Positions 35,551 to 47,785 of a stretch of 64,000 nucleotides of DNA are shown piece after piece. Origin of the DNA: Rhynchopus sp. YZ270_cl-10. Its lineage: Eukaryota. The position numbers were made by a program, and so were the translations under genes. The stretch is taken from assembly GCA_964035575.1 (NCBI GenBank), contig OZ037840.1, positions 1,240,001-1,304,000 on the forward strand. The letters run 5' to 3'. Position 1 is the stretch's first letter; each line of letters opens with the position of its first letter. The notes beneath the pieces were generated by a model. The model did no database searches. It was not told where the DNA came from and saw only the letters and a program-made list of their open reading frames with translations.

Positions 35551-36582
35551 ACAGAAGTATTCCACTGTAACTGCACAATCCATTTTTTAAATCTGTTTTT
35601 AAATTTAAGTTCCGAGTTTTTTTTCTCTTACCGTGAGTAAAGATAGGATGGTGTTCCTGAAACACCTGTCAAACACACATCAGTATGGGTGGTGGTGTCA
35701 TTTATAATTTGTAGTGCTTTTTTGTTTGTATTTTTGTATGTGCCCATAACTTGTCCATTTTGGCAAAGTGACCCCACCTCTGGACGAACGGATTCCAAAA
35801 AAGCAAATGTAGTGTTTTTGTACGATGCGTATTTCCCGGCCACGAACCCACCACGCATAAATGGACCCACAGTGTGAAGGACATGTTAATGTAGGCCCCT
35901 CCGTAACCCCATAAGGATGGCAACGTTTTTTTTTGACCCCTCCTCCTACGATGTGAATCTCTTGAATGCATGAAGGGGCCACCGAATAAGTTTACACCCG
36001 AAGCTGCCGTTTTGCGGTCAGATGGCGCACTGCTGTTGCTCTTCAATACCTATTAACGCTCAGTGCGACCGGTTGGCGCACTGTTGCAACCTATATTGTT
36101 CACCGTTATGCCTATTCTTTACTGGCTACTACATCACAGTTTTACAGCTGGTGGCGTGGTTAAACATTAAGGAAGGCCCTCGCGACATTAAGCTGTGGGG
36201 GGAACGGTTATCTCAGATGAAAGCAAGACGAATATTCAGTACCCAGTTTTTCCTCCCCCCTCCAAAGACAAGGACACCCACCTAGGTCCACACATTGGTA
36301 GTCAGCAGCTGCACAGATGAGAAGAAAGGGAGCAGCACAACAGTGGTGCGTGGGTACCTTCCTAGTTACACATTCTGACCTTGGCGAGAACAACCCGAGG
36401 AGGTGCAAAGCGTACCTCCGAAGACGTGTCTGCCGTTTCAGGATGAGGTGCAGGAGGCATATTCAGCGTGGTGGTCACGTCCATCTCCCAACACTGAACC
36501 CACACCACCCACCAGTGCACACAACACACATCCACACACCCTCCACACATAGCAAAGGTTTGTGAGGATCAGAAGCCCAACG

Positions 36583-38288
36583 ATGCGGTGCCTGAACAGC
36601 GCACTGACCATTGACGGGTCTCTCAGTGCTGACGAGGTGAAGAAGCGCACCATCATGTTTGTGTTCTGTGTGGTCGGGATTGTCGTGAGTTCCTTCAAAT
36701 ATAGCATACACGGGGACTACGGACAAGGACGCATCATTAAAATGATAGGGATGGGTGTATTAAATGTTGGCTGCTGGATTGTTGTTGGTAAGGTGCTCTG
36801 CAAGCAGCAACTGCACACCAGGTTCGTGGTGGGTATGTTGTACTTGTTCGGTATTGGTTTCTTCATATGGGACTTGGACGCACGTGCACTTAGTTATTCT
36901 GGTTGGCCAATTCTGATCCTGATTGTGGACCTGTTGCTTGTGATGCAAGTCGCAGCACGGTACAGTGCAGGCTTCGTTGCTATGATAGTGGTGTGGCTTC
37001 TTCTGACGGCATGTGAGGAATCCTTCAGGTTTGGCTTGCTTGACCTTCCTGGGTTGCCACCGTACGAAGGTGAACACAGCAGGAGAGAGAAATTCAGGAT
37101 CGAAACAGACTGCGAGTTCCTTCCCTGCAAGACACCATTTCCCCCACAAATCTCCCTTTCCGCCATTGCTGTCTTCCTGGTCGACTTCTTCGTGACACGC
37201 AGGTTTGCGCACGATGTGCTGAAGGAGCAGGAGTCAATGAGGCGCACGATCAGCGTTGTGCAGGAGATTGCGTCGCTTCTTGCGGGGTACGACGTGGAGC
37301 AGGTGGCGGAGATGCTGGACGTGCATGGGGGTGACCTGCCTGAGGGGATGACTGCTGCCCTGTGGAGACTGGAGAAGAACTTGCGCATGTACAAAGCGTA
37401 CCTCCCGAAGACGTGTCTGCCGTTTCAGGATGAGATGGAGAAGGTGCTTTCTGAGGACGAGGTGGATGGACAGTCGGAGTCGCTGAGCTCGCTTAGAGGC
37501 TCAGACTCGTGTATTTCGAGAAATGAGACCATGCCAGTGTGCGTGCCACTGGGTCTGTCCCCGGTCAAGGCAACCCTGCTGACACTGAACGTGAAGGACA
37601 CCCTGCATTTGCTGGAGAGGGACAGTGCGACCTACTCCTCCTTCTTCACCACTCTCCTCCTGAAGACCCTGCAGGCAACAGAGACAAGACGTGGGATGGT
37701 GGACGTGTTCATCGGGGACAGGATCCACTGTTCGTTCAACGCCTCGAAGCAGTGTGCGACACATGCCACATCTGCACTGCACGCAGCAAGCCTGCTTCTG
37801 AAGGGTGCGAACAGCTTTTGTGAGAAGGTGAATGCTGGTGTTGCGTCTGGGAAGGTGCTGCGTGGTGACATGGGTTGCGAGGTGATGCGTCGGTTCAGCA
37901 TGGTGGGGGAGCTTGTGCGTGATGTGAACGGGCTGGAACGTGTGGGGCGTATGCTGGGGTGTGATGTGGTGTGCAACAGGATGTGCTTCAGCGATGCAAG
38001 GTGGAGGTTGCTTCTGGCTGTGAGGCACAGGTTGTGGCGGAAGTGATGGCTCAGCTAAGTGATCCAGGAGCAGTTGTTGACGAGTGGATGTACATGATAG
38101 GTGGGAAGAAGCATTGGCAGCAGTACAACAATACCGTGCGTGGGTACCTGCGTGGTGAGCAGTCTGACCTTGACGTTGCTGAGGCATGGACAGCTGCGGG
38201 AGGGGTTGGCACACCAGCACACGCAGTTCCTTCTGGGACGTGCAGTGTTGTGTTGCTCTACTCAAAGAGTTGCTCACCAAATTCCTGA
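36583..38288 (+). pseudogene. Tandem paralog of 33817-35550, frameshifted by a 34-bp deletion after 37997
   Basis: High identity to the upstream copy; the segment equal to 35226-35259 is missing; the C-terminus continues in another frame (37971-38288). Confidence 0.85.
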
Positions 38289-39414
38289 TCAGAAATATTG
38301 CACTGGAACTGCACAACATCTGTTACTAACCGCGTTCATACGTCGCGTAATGAGTACATACCGTAAGGCTTATGTAAGAGAAGGTGTGCTGCCTGGTAAA
38401 TGATGAGGCCCTTCAATTTAACGGCAGCCCACAAGAGTGGAGCAGTGACATAAACGCTTGAGAAACAGACGCCAATGAGAGCTAGAGTTGCTCTTCTTAC
38501 TTGTGTGCTACAGACAAACATTACAACGCTAACCACGACTGCCACGGCAGAGCGGGGTCCCTCCCGGTCCACTGGGGGGGACCCACATGGATAAAGAAAA
38601 CAAAAACACGAAAGCAAGGAAGGAAACTACTTTAAATTATTTCCCTGCAGAAACCTTTGGGGGGTCGGGAGGGGAAAAAAGATTTTTGCCCACAAAAAGT
38701 CGGGAAAGGAGGGTGTCTGTTTTTTCGGTTTGCCTTTGCCACTTCTTTCTTCAAGGGGCAAGTCATTAGGTTTCCTTTTTACATCTACTGTAGGCCTCAG
38801 GGTCCTTGTGCTTTCATCCGGATGGCTGGCATCGTACGTGGGTCTGCCTGCATCGACAAATACAGCTTTTTTCAAGACAGCTGAGTGGCGGTTCGGGGAG
38901 GTGAAGAAGTAGATACCATTGTGCGGTCAGATGGCGCACTGTTGCAACCTATATTGTTCACCGTTATGCCTATTCTTTACTGGCTACCACATGCAGTTTT
39001 ACAGCTACATGACTTCCCTGTAGTACAAGCATTTCCTTACTCTGTGTTCTTCTACCCTTAGCCTCCTCACAGTACGTATTATGTACGGGAACGAGGGGAA
39101 AGCTACAGTTGTGTTGCCTTGAATTGGAGAAGGGGATGCTTTCAATGCAACGTTGGGGAGGGTGTGAACGGCCTTGCTCTTGCCTCGGAAAGTACAAGGC
39201 AAATAATAAGGAGGGGTGGGGGGCGGTGGGGGAGGTAGTTAAACATTAAGGAAGGTCCTCGCGACATTAAGCTGTGGGGGGAACGGTTATCTCAGATGAA
39301 AGCAAGACGAATACTCAGTACCATGTGTGTTTGGGCAATGTGATTCCGATGCCCGATTTGAGAAATTCTCAGAATCCGAGAAAAATTTCTATGGGTTTTT
39401 TGTACAGGGGGGTT

Positions 39415-39915
39415 TTTCCCAACCTTCCTGTATACACGCGTCAGCAACCAATACAGGTAGTGTATTGAAATGATTCTGGGGGGGGGGTAAGGGGTCTAAT
39501 TTTAATTTCGTCGATTTTGAGGAAAATTTTGGCCGAAAATGGGCCCCACGTATAAGGAACCGGGCTCATATTTCTCAAAATTTAAGTGGTCAAAAAATTG
39601 TCCAATTTTCCGAAATGACCCCACCGCTGCACGGGCTGAGCCCAAAAATGCAAATAAGCCACTTTTTCCCAACCTTCCTGTATACACGCGTCAGCAACCA
39701 ATACAGGTAGTGTATTGAAATGATTCTGGGGGGGGGTAAGGGGTCTAATTTTAATTTCGTCGATTTTGAGGAAAATTTTGGCCAAAAATGGGCCCCACGT
39801 ATAAGGAACCGGGCTCATATTTCTCAAAATTTAAGTGGTCAAAAAATTGTCCAATTTTCCGAAATGACCCCACCGCTGCACGGGCGGAGCCCAAAAATGC
39901 AAATAAGCCACTTTT
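39415..39915 (-). repeat. Two tandem ~250-bp units related (inverted) to the 60-61 kb tandem array
   Basis: TTTTCCCAACCTTCCTGTATACACGCG recurs at ~39414 and ~39664; shares GGGCCCCACGTATAAGGAACCGGGCTCATA with the 261-bp unit in reverse complement. Confidence 0.85.
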
Positions 39916-40101
39916 TGGTTTCATTGAAATGATGCGGCTGACACTGAGGAATTATGGTTTACGGCGTCCCATTGAGGGGGCGTACCCTTTTTAATTTGTT
40001 CTCTTAAAATGTGTAATTTCATGTTTTCGCGAAAAAAATACGAACTGATCCTACAAGGGTTGCAGGAAGGTGTGTGGAAAACAACAATAACAAGAACAAC
40101 T

Positions 40102-40568
40102 AATTGCTAAGGAAAAAAACGGGGTGTGCTGTGGAAAACTCCGCGCGATTTTCGAAACCACCATAGCATCCTGGCGATTTTCTGGAGGTGCTGATGTGAC
40201 GATGCCTGGTGCGATCGACGACGTGTTGTCGTCTGTGCAGTTTGTGTTCCTTCCGCACTGCTCCGATGACGACGACGATGCGTGGGAGCCTGTGGACGAC
40301 TTACGAGCTGGAACATGCCGAGGCCGCCCGAGCGAATGGTTCTCGAGCCTGCCGAGACTACGTCCAATAACGCGATCGAGCAGATGGTGCTGGACGAAGA
40401 GGACAGCCCCACTGTTTGAAAGTTTCAGATGCAGGCATCCCAGTGGGTCCAGCGTACGAAGAGCGTTTTAGCATACCTGCAGCAGAGCAGAATGCTGGCG
40501 TGTTGTAGATTTTATCTTTTTCAGAGTGGAGTTCCACAGCACACCCGGTTTTTTTTCCGATAGCAATT
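40102..40568. mobile_element. TIR-bounded repeat, inverted homolog of 59416-59842
   Basis: Ends AATTGCTAAGGAAAAAAACGG / CCGGTTTTTTTTCCGATAGCAATT; internal sequence is similar to the 59.4-59.8 kb copy. Confidence 0.7.
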
Positions 40569-40782
40569 GTACCGTTTTGCCTATGACACTACTGGGCACA
40601 ACTAGCACTATACTCACCTGAGCTGTGCCTATGTTAGGCACAATTCCAGTACAGTTTCAGCACAAGTACACACAACTAACCACAATTACACCACAATTAC
40701 ACACAATTACACCGAAATTACGCTGGGGAAAAAAATGGTACACCACCCTACAGGGAAGCATGCCACCACATGTAAGTGACCT

Positions 40783-41424
40783 CTGTACTGTACTGTACTG
40801 TACTGTACTGTACTGTACTGTACTGTACTGTACTGTACTGTACTGTACTGTACTGTACTGTACTGTACTGTACTGTACTGTACTGTACTGTACTGTACTG
40901 TACTGTACTGTACTGTACTGTACTGTACTGTACTGTACTGTACTGTACTGTACTGTACTGTACTGTACTGTACTGTACTGTACTGTACTGTACTGTACTG
41001 TACTGTACTGTACTGTACTGTACTGTACTGTACTGTACTGTACTGTACTGTACTGTACTGTACTGTACTGTACTGTACTGTACTGTACTGTACTGTACTG
41101 TACTGTACTGTACTGTACTGTACTGTACTGTACTGTACTGTACTGTACTGTACTGTACTGTACTGTACTGTACTGTACTGTACTGTACTGTACTGTACTG
41201 TACTGTACTGTACTGTACTGTACTGTACTGTACTGTACTGTACTGTACTGTACTGTACTGTACTGTACTGTACTGTACTGTACTGTACTGTACTGTACTG
41301 TACTGTACTGTACTGTACTGTACTGTACTGTACTGTACTGTACTGTACTGTACTGTACTGTACTGTACTGTACTGTACTGTACTGTACTGTACTGTACTG
41401 TACTGTACTGTACTGTACTGTACT
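40783..41424 (+). repeat. Satellite (ACTGT)n, ~128 units
   Basis: Perfect 5-mer array. Confidence 0.98.
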
Positions 41425-43539
41425 AAGAAACTAAGAAACTAAGAAATCCACTAAAATAGTCGTATTTGGCCCCAAAACCACCTCCCGATCACAAAAATAT
41501 GTCAATAAAACCACAGACGACCTTAACAGAGGCTTTGTTACCAAAAAAAATCGGTGTTTTTATGAAAAAACACCCTAAAACCGCGTAACGCTCGCGTAAC
41601 GCTATTTACCGATTTTCGGACCCTTTTTGAAATATGGCTCTAAGTTCCACCAAGTCCCTCTAAACACCCCAAAACCGCCTGGGTATCCCTCGGGATGGGT
41701 TCTGGGGTGAAAATATGTGGCTTTGGGGGCTTTTCTGGCCCCCAGAGGCATCTCAGAGCTATTTGACACACCCGAAAGCTCCATTTTTTATCAAAAAATG
41801 CTTGCTTTTTTACCTTGTCATGAGCATTAACACCCCCAATGAGACCCCCAGAACGTCTCTAAAGTCCAAAAATCACCCCGGAATTGATTCCCGGACCTCA
41901 TAATAGGTGGAGTACCATGTTTCTGGGGTCAAAAATGCGTTGTGGTCCATTACTGTTCCCCCTGACAATGAGCGATAGAGTAGCGATAGAATAGAACTAT
42001 GACCACCTCCAGGAAACCAAAATTTTCAAGACAAACCAAAAAAATGTGTACTAAGGAGGCTACGTCAAATCTCAGTTAATACCAGTTAATACCAGTAAAT
42101 ATCAGTTTTTTTTCCAAGCTTGGAAAAGTAGATGTCGAGAAAAAAATTTTCAAAAAAAAAAAATTTTTTTTTTCGACAACTACTTTTTCAAGCCTGGAAA
42201 AAAAATTTTTTTTTTTGGGCCTGACCTTGGGACCTTGTGCACCGAAAAATGCAAAAAACGGCAAAATTTTGATGTTTTGAGCATCTGTGGGTGAATCATA
42301 TGCACTGCTACAGTGGCCTATTATTGGGTGTTTTCCTTAGCAAATTCCTTCACAAAACTCATTTTTGATTTTGGCAAAGGCAAATTTCAGGCCAAAAAAA
42401 AGTCACCCCTGGTAGTAGGTCCTTGGGTGTCCAAACATGCCAAAAACACAAAAAAAATGATGTTTTGGCCTTCTGTGGGCACCTAAAACGCACTTCTCTG
42501 CCCAAAAAACGAATCATTCACATTTCAGAGGTCCTGCATGAAAATGCCCATTTGAGCCCAAATTTTCGGTTTTTTTTCAACATTTCTTCAACACAGGCCC
42601 CGCCAGGTGGTCCGAGGGTCCAAAAAAAAAAATTTTTTTTTTCGACCAAAAATTTTTTTTCGACATCTACTTTTTCAAGCCTGGAAAAAGAACTGGTATT
42701 TTCCTACATTGGTTTTTACTCTATGACGTACCCCTACCGGTATTTTCCCAGGCTTGGAAAAGTAGATGTCGAGAAAAAAATTTTCAAAAAAAAAAAAAAA
42801 TTTTTTTTTCGACAACTACTTTTTCAAGCCTGGAAAAAAAATTTTTTTTTTTGGGCCTGACCTTGGGACCTTGTGCACCGAAAAATGCAAAAAACGGCAA
42901 AATTTTGATGTTTTGAGCATCTGTGGGTGAATCATATGCACTGCTACAGTGGCCTATTATTGGGTGTTTTCCTTAGCAAATTCCTTCACAAAACTCATTT
43001 TTGATTTTGGCAAAGGCAAATTTCAGGCCAAAAAAAATCGCCGGGGGGCTTCGCCCCCCGAACCCCCCATTGGGGGGCTTTGCCCCCCAGACCCCCCTAT
43101 GCAATTGGGGGCCTGCGGCGCAGTTCGGAACTCTAGTGCATACCTTACCGGAACTCCAGATGGAGGTGTTTTTGTGTTTGCAGCGTTACTACTTGCTATC
43201 ATGCGCCATCTGACAGCTGCATACAGGAGAACACTATGGTGTCCAGCATCGGGAGTGCGTACAACTCGGCGCTGGATTTTATCGACGTGACGTGCAACTG
43301 GGAAGACGTCTCGCATATTCAGTACAAGTGTGAACGGTGCGAAAGCACTAACCAGTTTGCCACGAGGCGGCAGCGCTACCTTGCTCCTCTCCCCAGTGTT
43401 CTGTTTTTTATTTTGAAAACTGGGTTGTCTTAGTGTGGACACCCGAGGATGAACTCCACTTTTCAAAACGCTGTTAAGTAACCGCTGATGAACACGCTGA
43501 TGATATCTCCTGTGTGGGAGATGTCGCACTGATGACGCT

Positions 43540-44461
43540 AAGGTTGCTCCCCACCGGTCCATCATCACATGGGGGCGAAGCAGACGTTGTGGGTGGGCGG
43601 TTCTAGTCCGCTTTATTCTCGTTTCATGCTCGGGGGAAGTTGAGCGTTTTCTTCTTGATTGACGCCCTTTTGGGGCGGTGGGGCCAGGCTCAGGGCGGTT
43701 TGTCGGGCACTGTATCAGGCAGTGCAGGCGGCTCAGGTTCTGGTAGAACGGGAGGGGACACGATGGTGATGCGCTGCCTTGGCGTTCCCCGTCGCACAAG
43801 GCTTGTAGGGGTGGCAGGGGTGGCGGTATTGTTACGCAGGCGTCGTCGGGGCGAGGTCCACTGAGCGGCACGCGCAGTGATGGTGGTGTCGTAGGCGGGG
43901 AGGGGGCAGGTGCCCCAGTCACGGTCGGACAGGGAACTGATGGACCTCGTCAGGTACTTCAGGATAGTGGCAATGCTGCCGGCGCAGAGTTTGGCACGTG
44001 GAGTGTGCCCACCAGACCGGAGGTGCACCGATAGGCCGTAGGCAGTGCACCATCGTCACTTTCTCTCCGGGAACGGGGCAGTCCAGCTTGTTCTCGGTGC
44101 AGTGCTTCCGGAACCATCGAAGCCAGAGGGACATCACCTTCCCCCGCTCACGCACAGAAAGGGCATGGGCGACCTGTTTGCACTGTCGCAGCGAGATGCC
44201 TGAGTATACCCCAAAGCTAATACCCAGCTCAATGTTGCTGATGCAACTGTTGCTGTCCTCAACGAATTCCAGAGACCTCAGCCACGCAAGAAAAGCAGTG
44301 TGTCGCTCAGGGCCGTATTTCCACGACGAAGGCGCCCTCAAGGGGAGCCGGCTCCAGTCAAAGTCCACGGAAAGTGACGGGGTGTCCGCAGCCTTGTCCC
44401 AGGGCAGGCGGGCTTTGGTACCCAGGCATTGTGTAGGGTAATTGTGTTTGCATACAGCCAA
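43540..44461 (-). pseudogene. GC-rich coding-like fragment, probably the C-terminal region of a retroelement ORF
   Basis: Minus-strand ORFs (e.g. AFLAWLRSLEF...ISNIELGISFGVYSG) with a Pro-rich tail; no full domain recognised. Confidence 0.35.
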
Positions 44462-45370
44462 ACCAAGACAACGTGGTCACCTTTAGTCCGTATTTGGATC
44501 GTAGTGACCAATGTCATGCGCTTAGGTGCCCATCAATGGGTCGGGGAGTGATCAAAGTTAAGGGAAATTATTCTGGCGTAAATGATGGAGCAGATCTGCC
44601 GTCACTGCCTCACCCGGTCCCTCCCTTTGAAAAAAAAACACCTCGTATGACTTTCAGAGATGGCAATGCCCAATTCCTACCCTTGGTCTTGCAGCTCAGT
44701 CTACAATAGCCCTGCACTAGACACGGTCGTAGACTCGACTAAAGCACTGCCCCCGCATGTGCCTCGTCTTCTTCATCTTCTTATGATGAAAATACTTCTT
44801 CAGAGTCCACATTTGCATGCGGGCACCTAATACACCACACGTCGCCTTTTCTCGGTTTCCTAGACCCAGTCTCCCATCACCAATGAGGACACCTTCGGCA
44901 GGCCCACTAGTGGATGGGGCGCTTTGCCTTTACTGTCATTCCACCGCGTCTACAAGGGTTTTTGAGCGGACTTGGCGTAGAACCGCCCATACAGTGTCCC
45001 CGACACTTCCCGCCCTCTCAATGCGTCCCAACGGTGTTGAACCCTCAGGTCCCCTGGCTTAGCCACTAAGAGAAAACCTGCAGCGTCCGCAGACGCATAC
45101 ACGTCTGCGGCCATCACTGGCTTAGAGGGGCTCAGGGCCGTGTGACGCACTGATTTCGACACGTTGCCGAAGAAGCGCGATCGCGCTTTGTGTGGTTTTG
45201 TGTATCCCTTGTGAACCTGGAATCGATAGCAGACAGGAAAAAGAGGATGGGCAGGCAGCACCTGCCCGACCTGTGTTAATGTGAATCAGTGATTGCCTGA
45301 CAGATGTCTGGGTAACCGTGTATTCTGTGTGGGTATCCATGTCCGGAGTATACACGACGGTGAAGTAAAA

Positions 45371-45657
45371 TGACATGACATGACATGACATGACATGACA
45401 TGACATGACATGACATGACATGACATGACATGACATGACATGACATGACATGACATGACATGACATGACATGACATGACATGACATGACATGACATGACA
45501 TGACATGACATGACATGACATGACATGACATGACATGACATGACATGACATGACATGACATGACATGACATGACATGACATGACATGACATGACATGACA
45601 TGACATGACATGACATGACATGACATGACATGACATGACATGACATGACATGACATG
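45371..45657 (+). repeat. Satellite (TGACA)n, ~57 units
   Basis: Perfect 5-mer array grading into CATG-rich degenerate sequence up to ~45760. Confidence 0.98.
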
Positions 45658-47369
45658 CGCTTTTACATGTGCTTTCCATGTAACTTTTTTTACATGTACT
45701 TTACATGTAAAGTGACATGTGCCATGACAAGGTGCATGACCAGTTACATGACAAGACTAACTAACGACAAGACTCCTGTATATAATGAGTGGCGTTAGGC
45801 CCTTGTCATTATTTAGTCTTGTCATGCAACTAGTCATACCCCCTTGTGTCATTGCTCACACTCGGTTGTGGTGCAACGCACCGGGGTACCCTAAATAGGG
45901 TCCGCGCGGGGTACTCAGTCCAATCCGGACTGAGCGCTCACCCCGAGTCCGCCGGGCTGACTCGGGGTCCGGCCAATAGGGTCCGGCCACTCCATCGTGT
46001 GGTTTGTGTCGGATTGGTAGCCTTGAACAGGGAAATAGCTAATGGAATTGGAACCTCTGTCGCGGTGTCGCAACGACTGCTCTGCAAGTCGCCACCAGAT
46101 CCACTTTTATGAAAATAAGTGTAGGGGAGGACCTCTCACAACTTCTGAGCAAAGTCGGTTTTTGACACAAAATCGGGGTGGGTGGGCCATAATTTGCTCC
46201 AAATATGACCAGTCGAAAATTGGGATTTTTCTGAAATTTGCATTGTGCCCAGCAAAAATCCTCGTTTTTTTGAAGAATTTTACAAAAAATATGCTATGCC
46301 CCCTATGACTGGACCCAACTCCCCTCACTATTTTTTGCCTAAAAAAGCCCCAAAAATTCTGCAGGTTTTTTCAGGTTTTGCGATTTTTACGAGATTTAGC
46401 GTAGCCTCCTAAGGTGTATAAACACCCTACACCGCCTGGGTACCCCTCAGGATAGGTTCTGGGGTGAAAATATGTGGTTTTGGGGGCTTTTCCGGCCCCC
46501 AAAGACGTCTCAGAGATATTTTTCACACTCAAAAACTGCAGTTTTATCCTACAGGGGTATAAGGGGGAGCTAAACTGCAGTTTTTGAGTGTGAAAAATAT
46601 CTCTGAGACGCCTTTGGGGGCCGGAAAAGCCCCCAAAACCACATATTTTCACCCCAGAACCTATCCTGAGGGGTACCCAGGCGGTGTAGGGTGTTTATAC
46701 ACCTTAGTACACATTTTTTTGGTTTGTCTTGAAAATTTTGGTTTCCTGGAGGTGGTCATAGTTCTATTCTATCGCTACTCTATCGCTCATTGTCAGGGGG
46801 AACAGTAATGGACCACAACGCATTTTTGACCCCAGAAACATGGTACTCCACCTATTATGAGGTCCGGGAATCAATTCCGGGGTGATTTTTGGACTTTAGA
46901 GACGTTCTGGGGGTCTCATTGGGGGTGTTAATGCTCATGACAAGGTAAAAAAGCAAGCATTTTTTGATAAAAAATGGAGCTTTCGGGTGTGTCAAATAGC
47001 TCTGAGATGCCTCTGGGGGCCAGAAAAGCCCCCAAAGCCACATATTTTCACCCCAGAACCCATCCCGAGGGATACCCAGGCGGTTTTGGGGTGTTTAGAG
47101 GGACTTGGTGGAACTTAGAGCCATATTTCAAAAAGGGTCCGAAAATCGGTAAATAGCGTTACGCGAGCGTTACGCGGTTTTAGGGTGTTTTTTCATAAAA
47201 ACACCGATTTTTTTTGGTAACAAAGCCTCTGTTAAGGTCGTCTGTGGTTTTATTGACATATTTTTGTGATCGGGAGGTGGTTTTGGGGCCAAATACGACT
47301 ATTTTAGTGGATTTCTTAACCTAAAACTCAAAAAAATGGTTTTGTGACAAGGTTTCTTAAGGATTTCCT

Positions 47370-47785
47370 TAAGGGCTGACGCCCCTACGGGGGGGGTAGG
47401 CACTTCGGGGGAGTGAGGCAGCTCGGCGTCGCCCTCCCTCACGACAGAACCAAAAATCTCGTCTCCCAGCCTCTTCCGGAGGACTCCAAGGAGCAAAAGA
47501 AGACGCAGACAGGGAACATCTGTCCAGTCCGAGGGCACAGTTCCCGTGACGCGTGCCAACGCAGCGCGCACGTGTTCCTCCCCGAAATCTTCCCTCTCCC
47601 CCCGGAAATCCTCAAACGTCCGGACGCACAGCGCGCCCGTGACGGACTCCCACGCGTTTCCCAGTGCAGACTTCACGGCGTCGGACGAATCCGCAACGAT
47701 GTTCGCAACATCTCGCGACATCCGGAACGACCGTGACCCACTCTTGGCCCTGAGCGACTCCAGCGCTTCATCCATAGTGGTCATG
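47370..47785 (-). pseudogene. Truncated GC-rich ORF of unknown function (possible retroelement ORF1 5' part)
   Basis: Starts MTTMDEALESLRAKSG, has coding-like composition and runs into AT-rich repeat DNA near 47370; a GTGAGAGCT-like minisatellite lies upstream at 48045-48150. Confidence 0.35.

Larger units (their letters stand above)
42055..46409. mobile_element. PIF/Harbinger-type element with TAA duplication carrying nested repeats
   Basis: TIR GGAGGCTACG(TC/CT)AAATCTC; TAA at 42052-42054 and 46410-46412; empty site GTGTACTAAGGTGTATAAAC on the opposite foldback arm (~46693-46712); another left end at 5062. Confidence 0.85.
41440..47318. mobile_element. Foldback element (~750-bp arms, ~27-bp spacer at 46545-46571) interrupted by a Harbinger-type insertion
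   Basis: 41440-42054 joined to 46413-46544 is the reverse complement of 46572-47318; a diverged partial copy lies at ~31360-31870. Confidence 0.88.
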
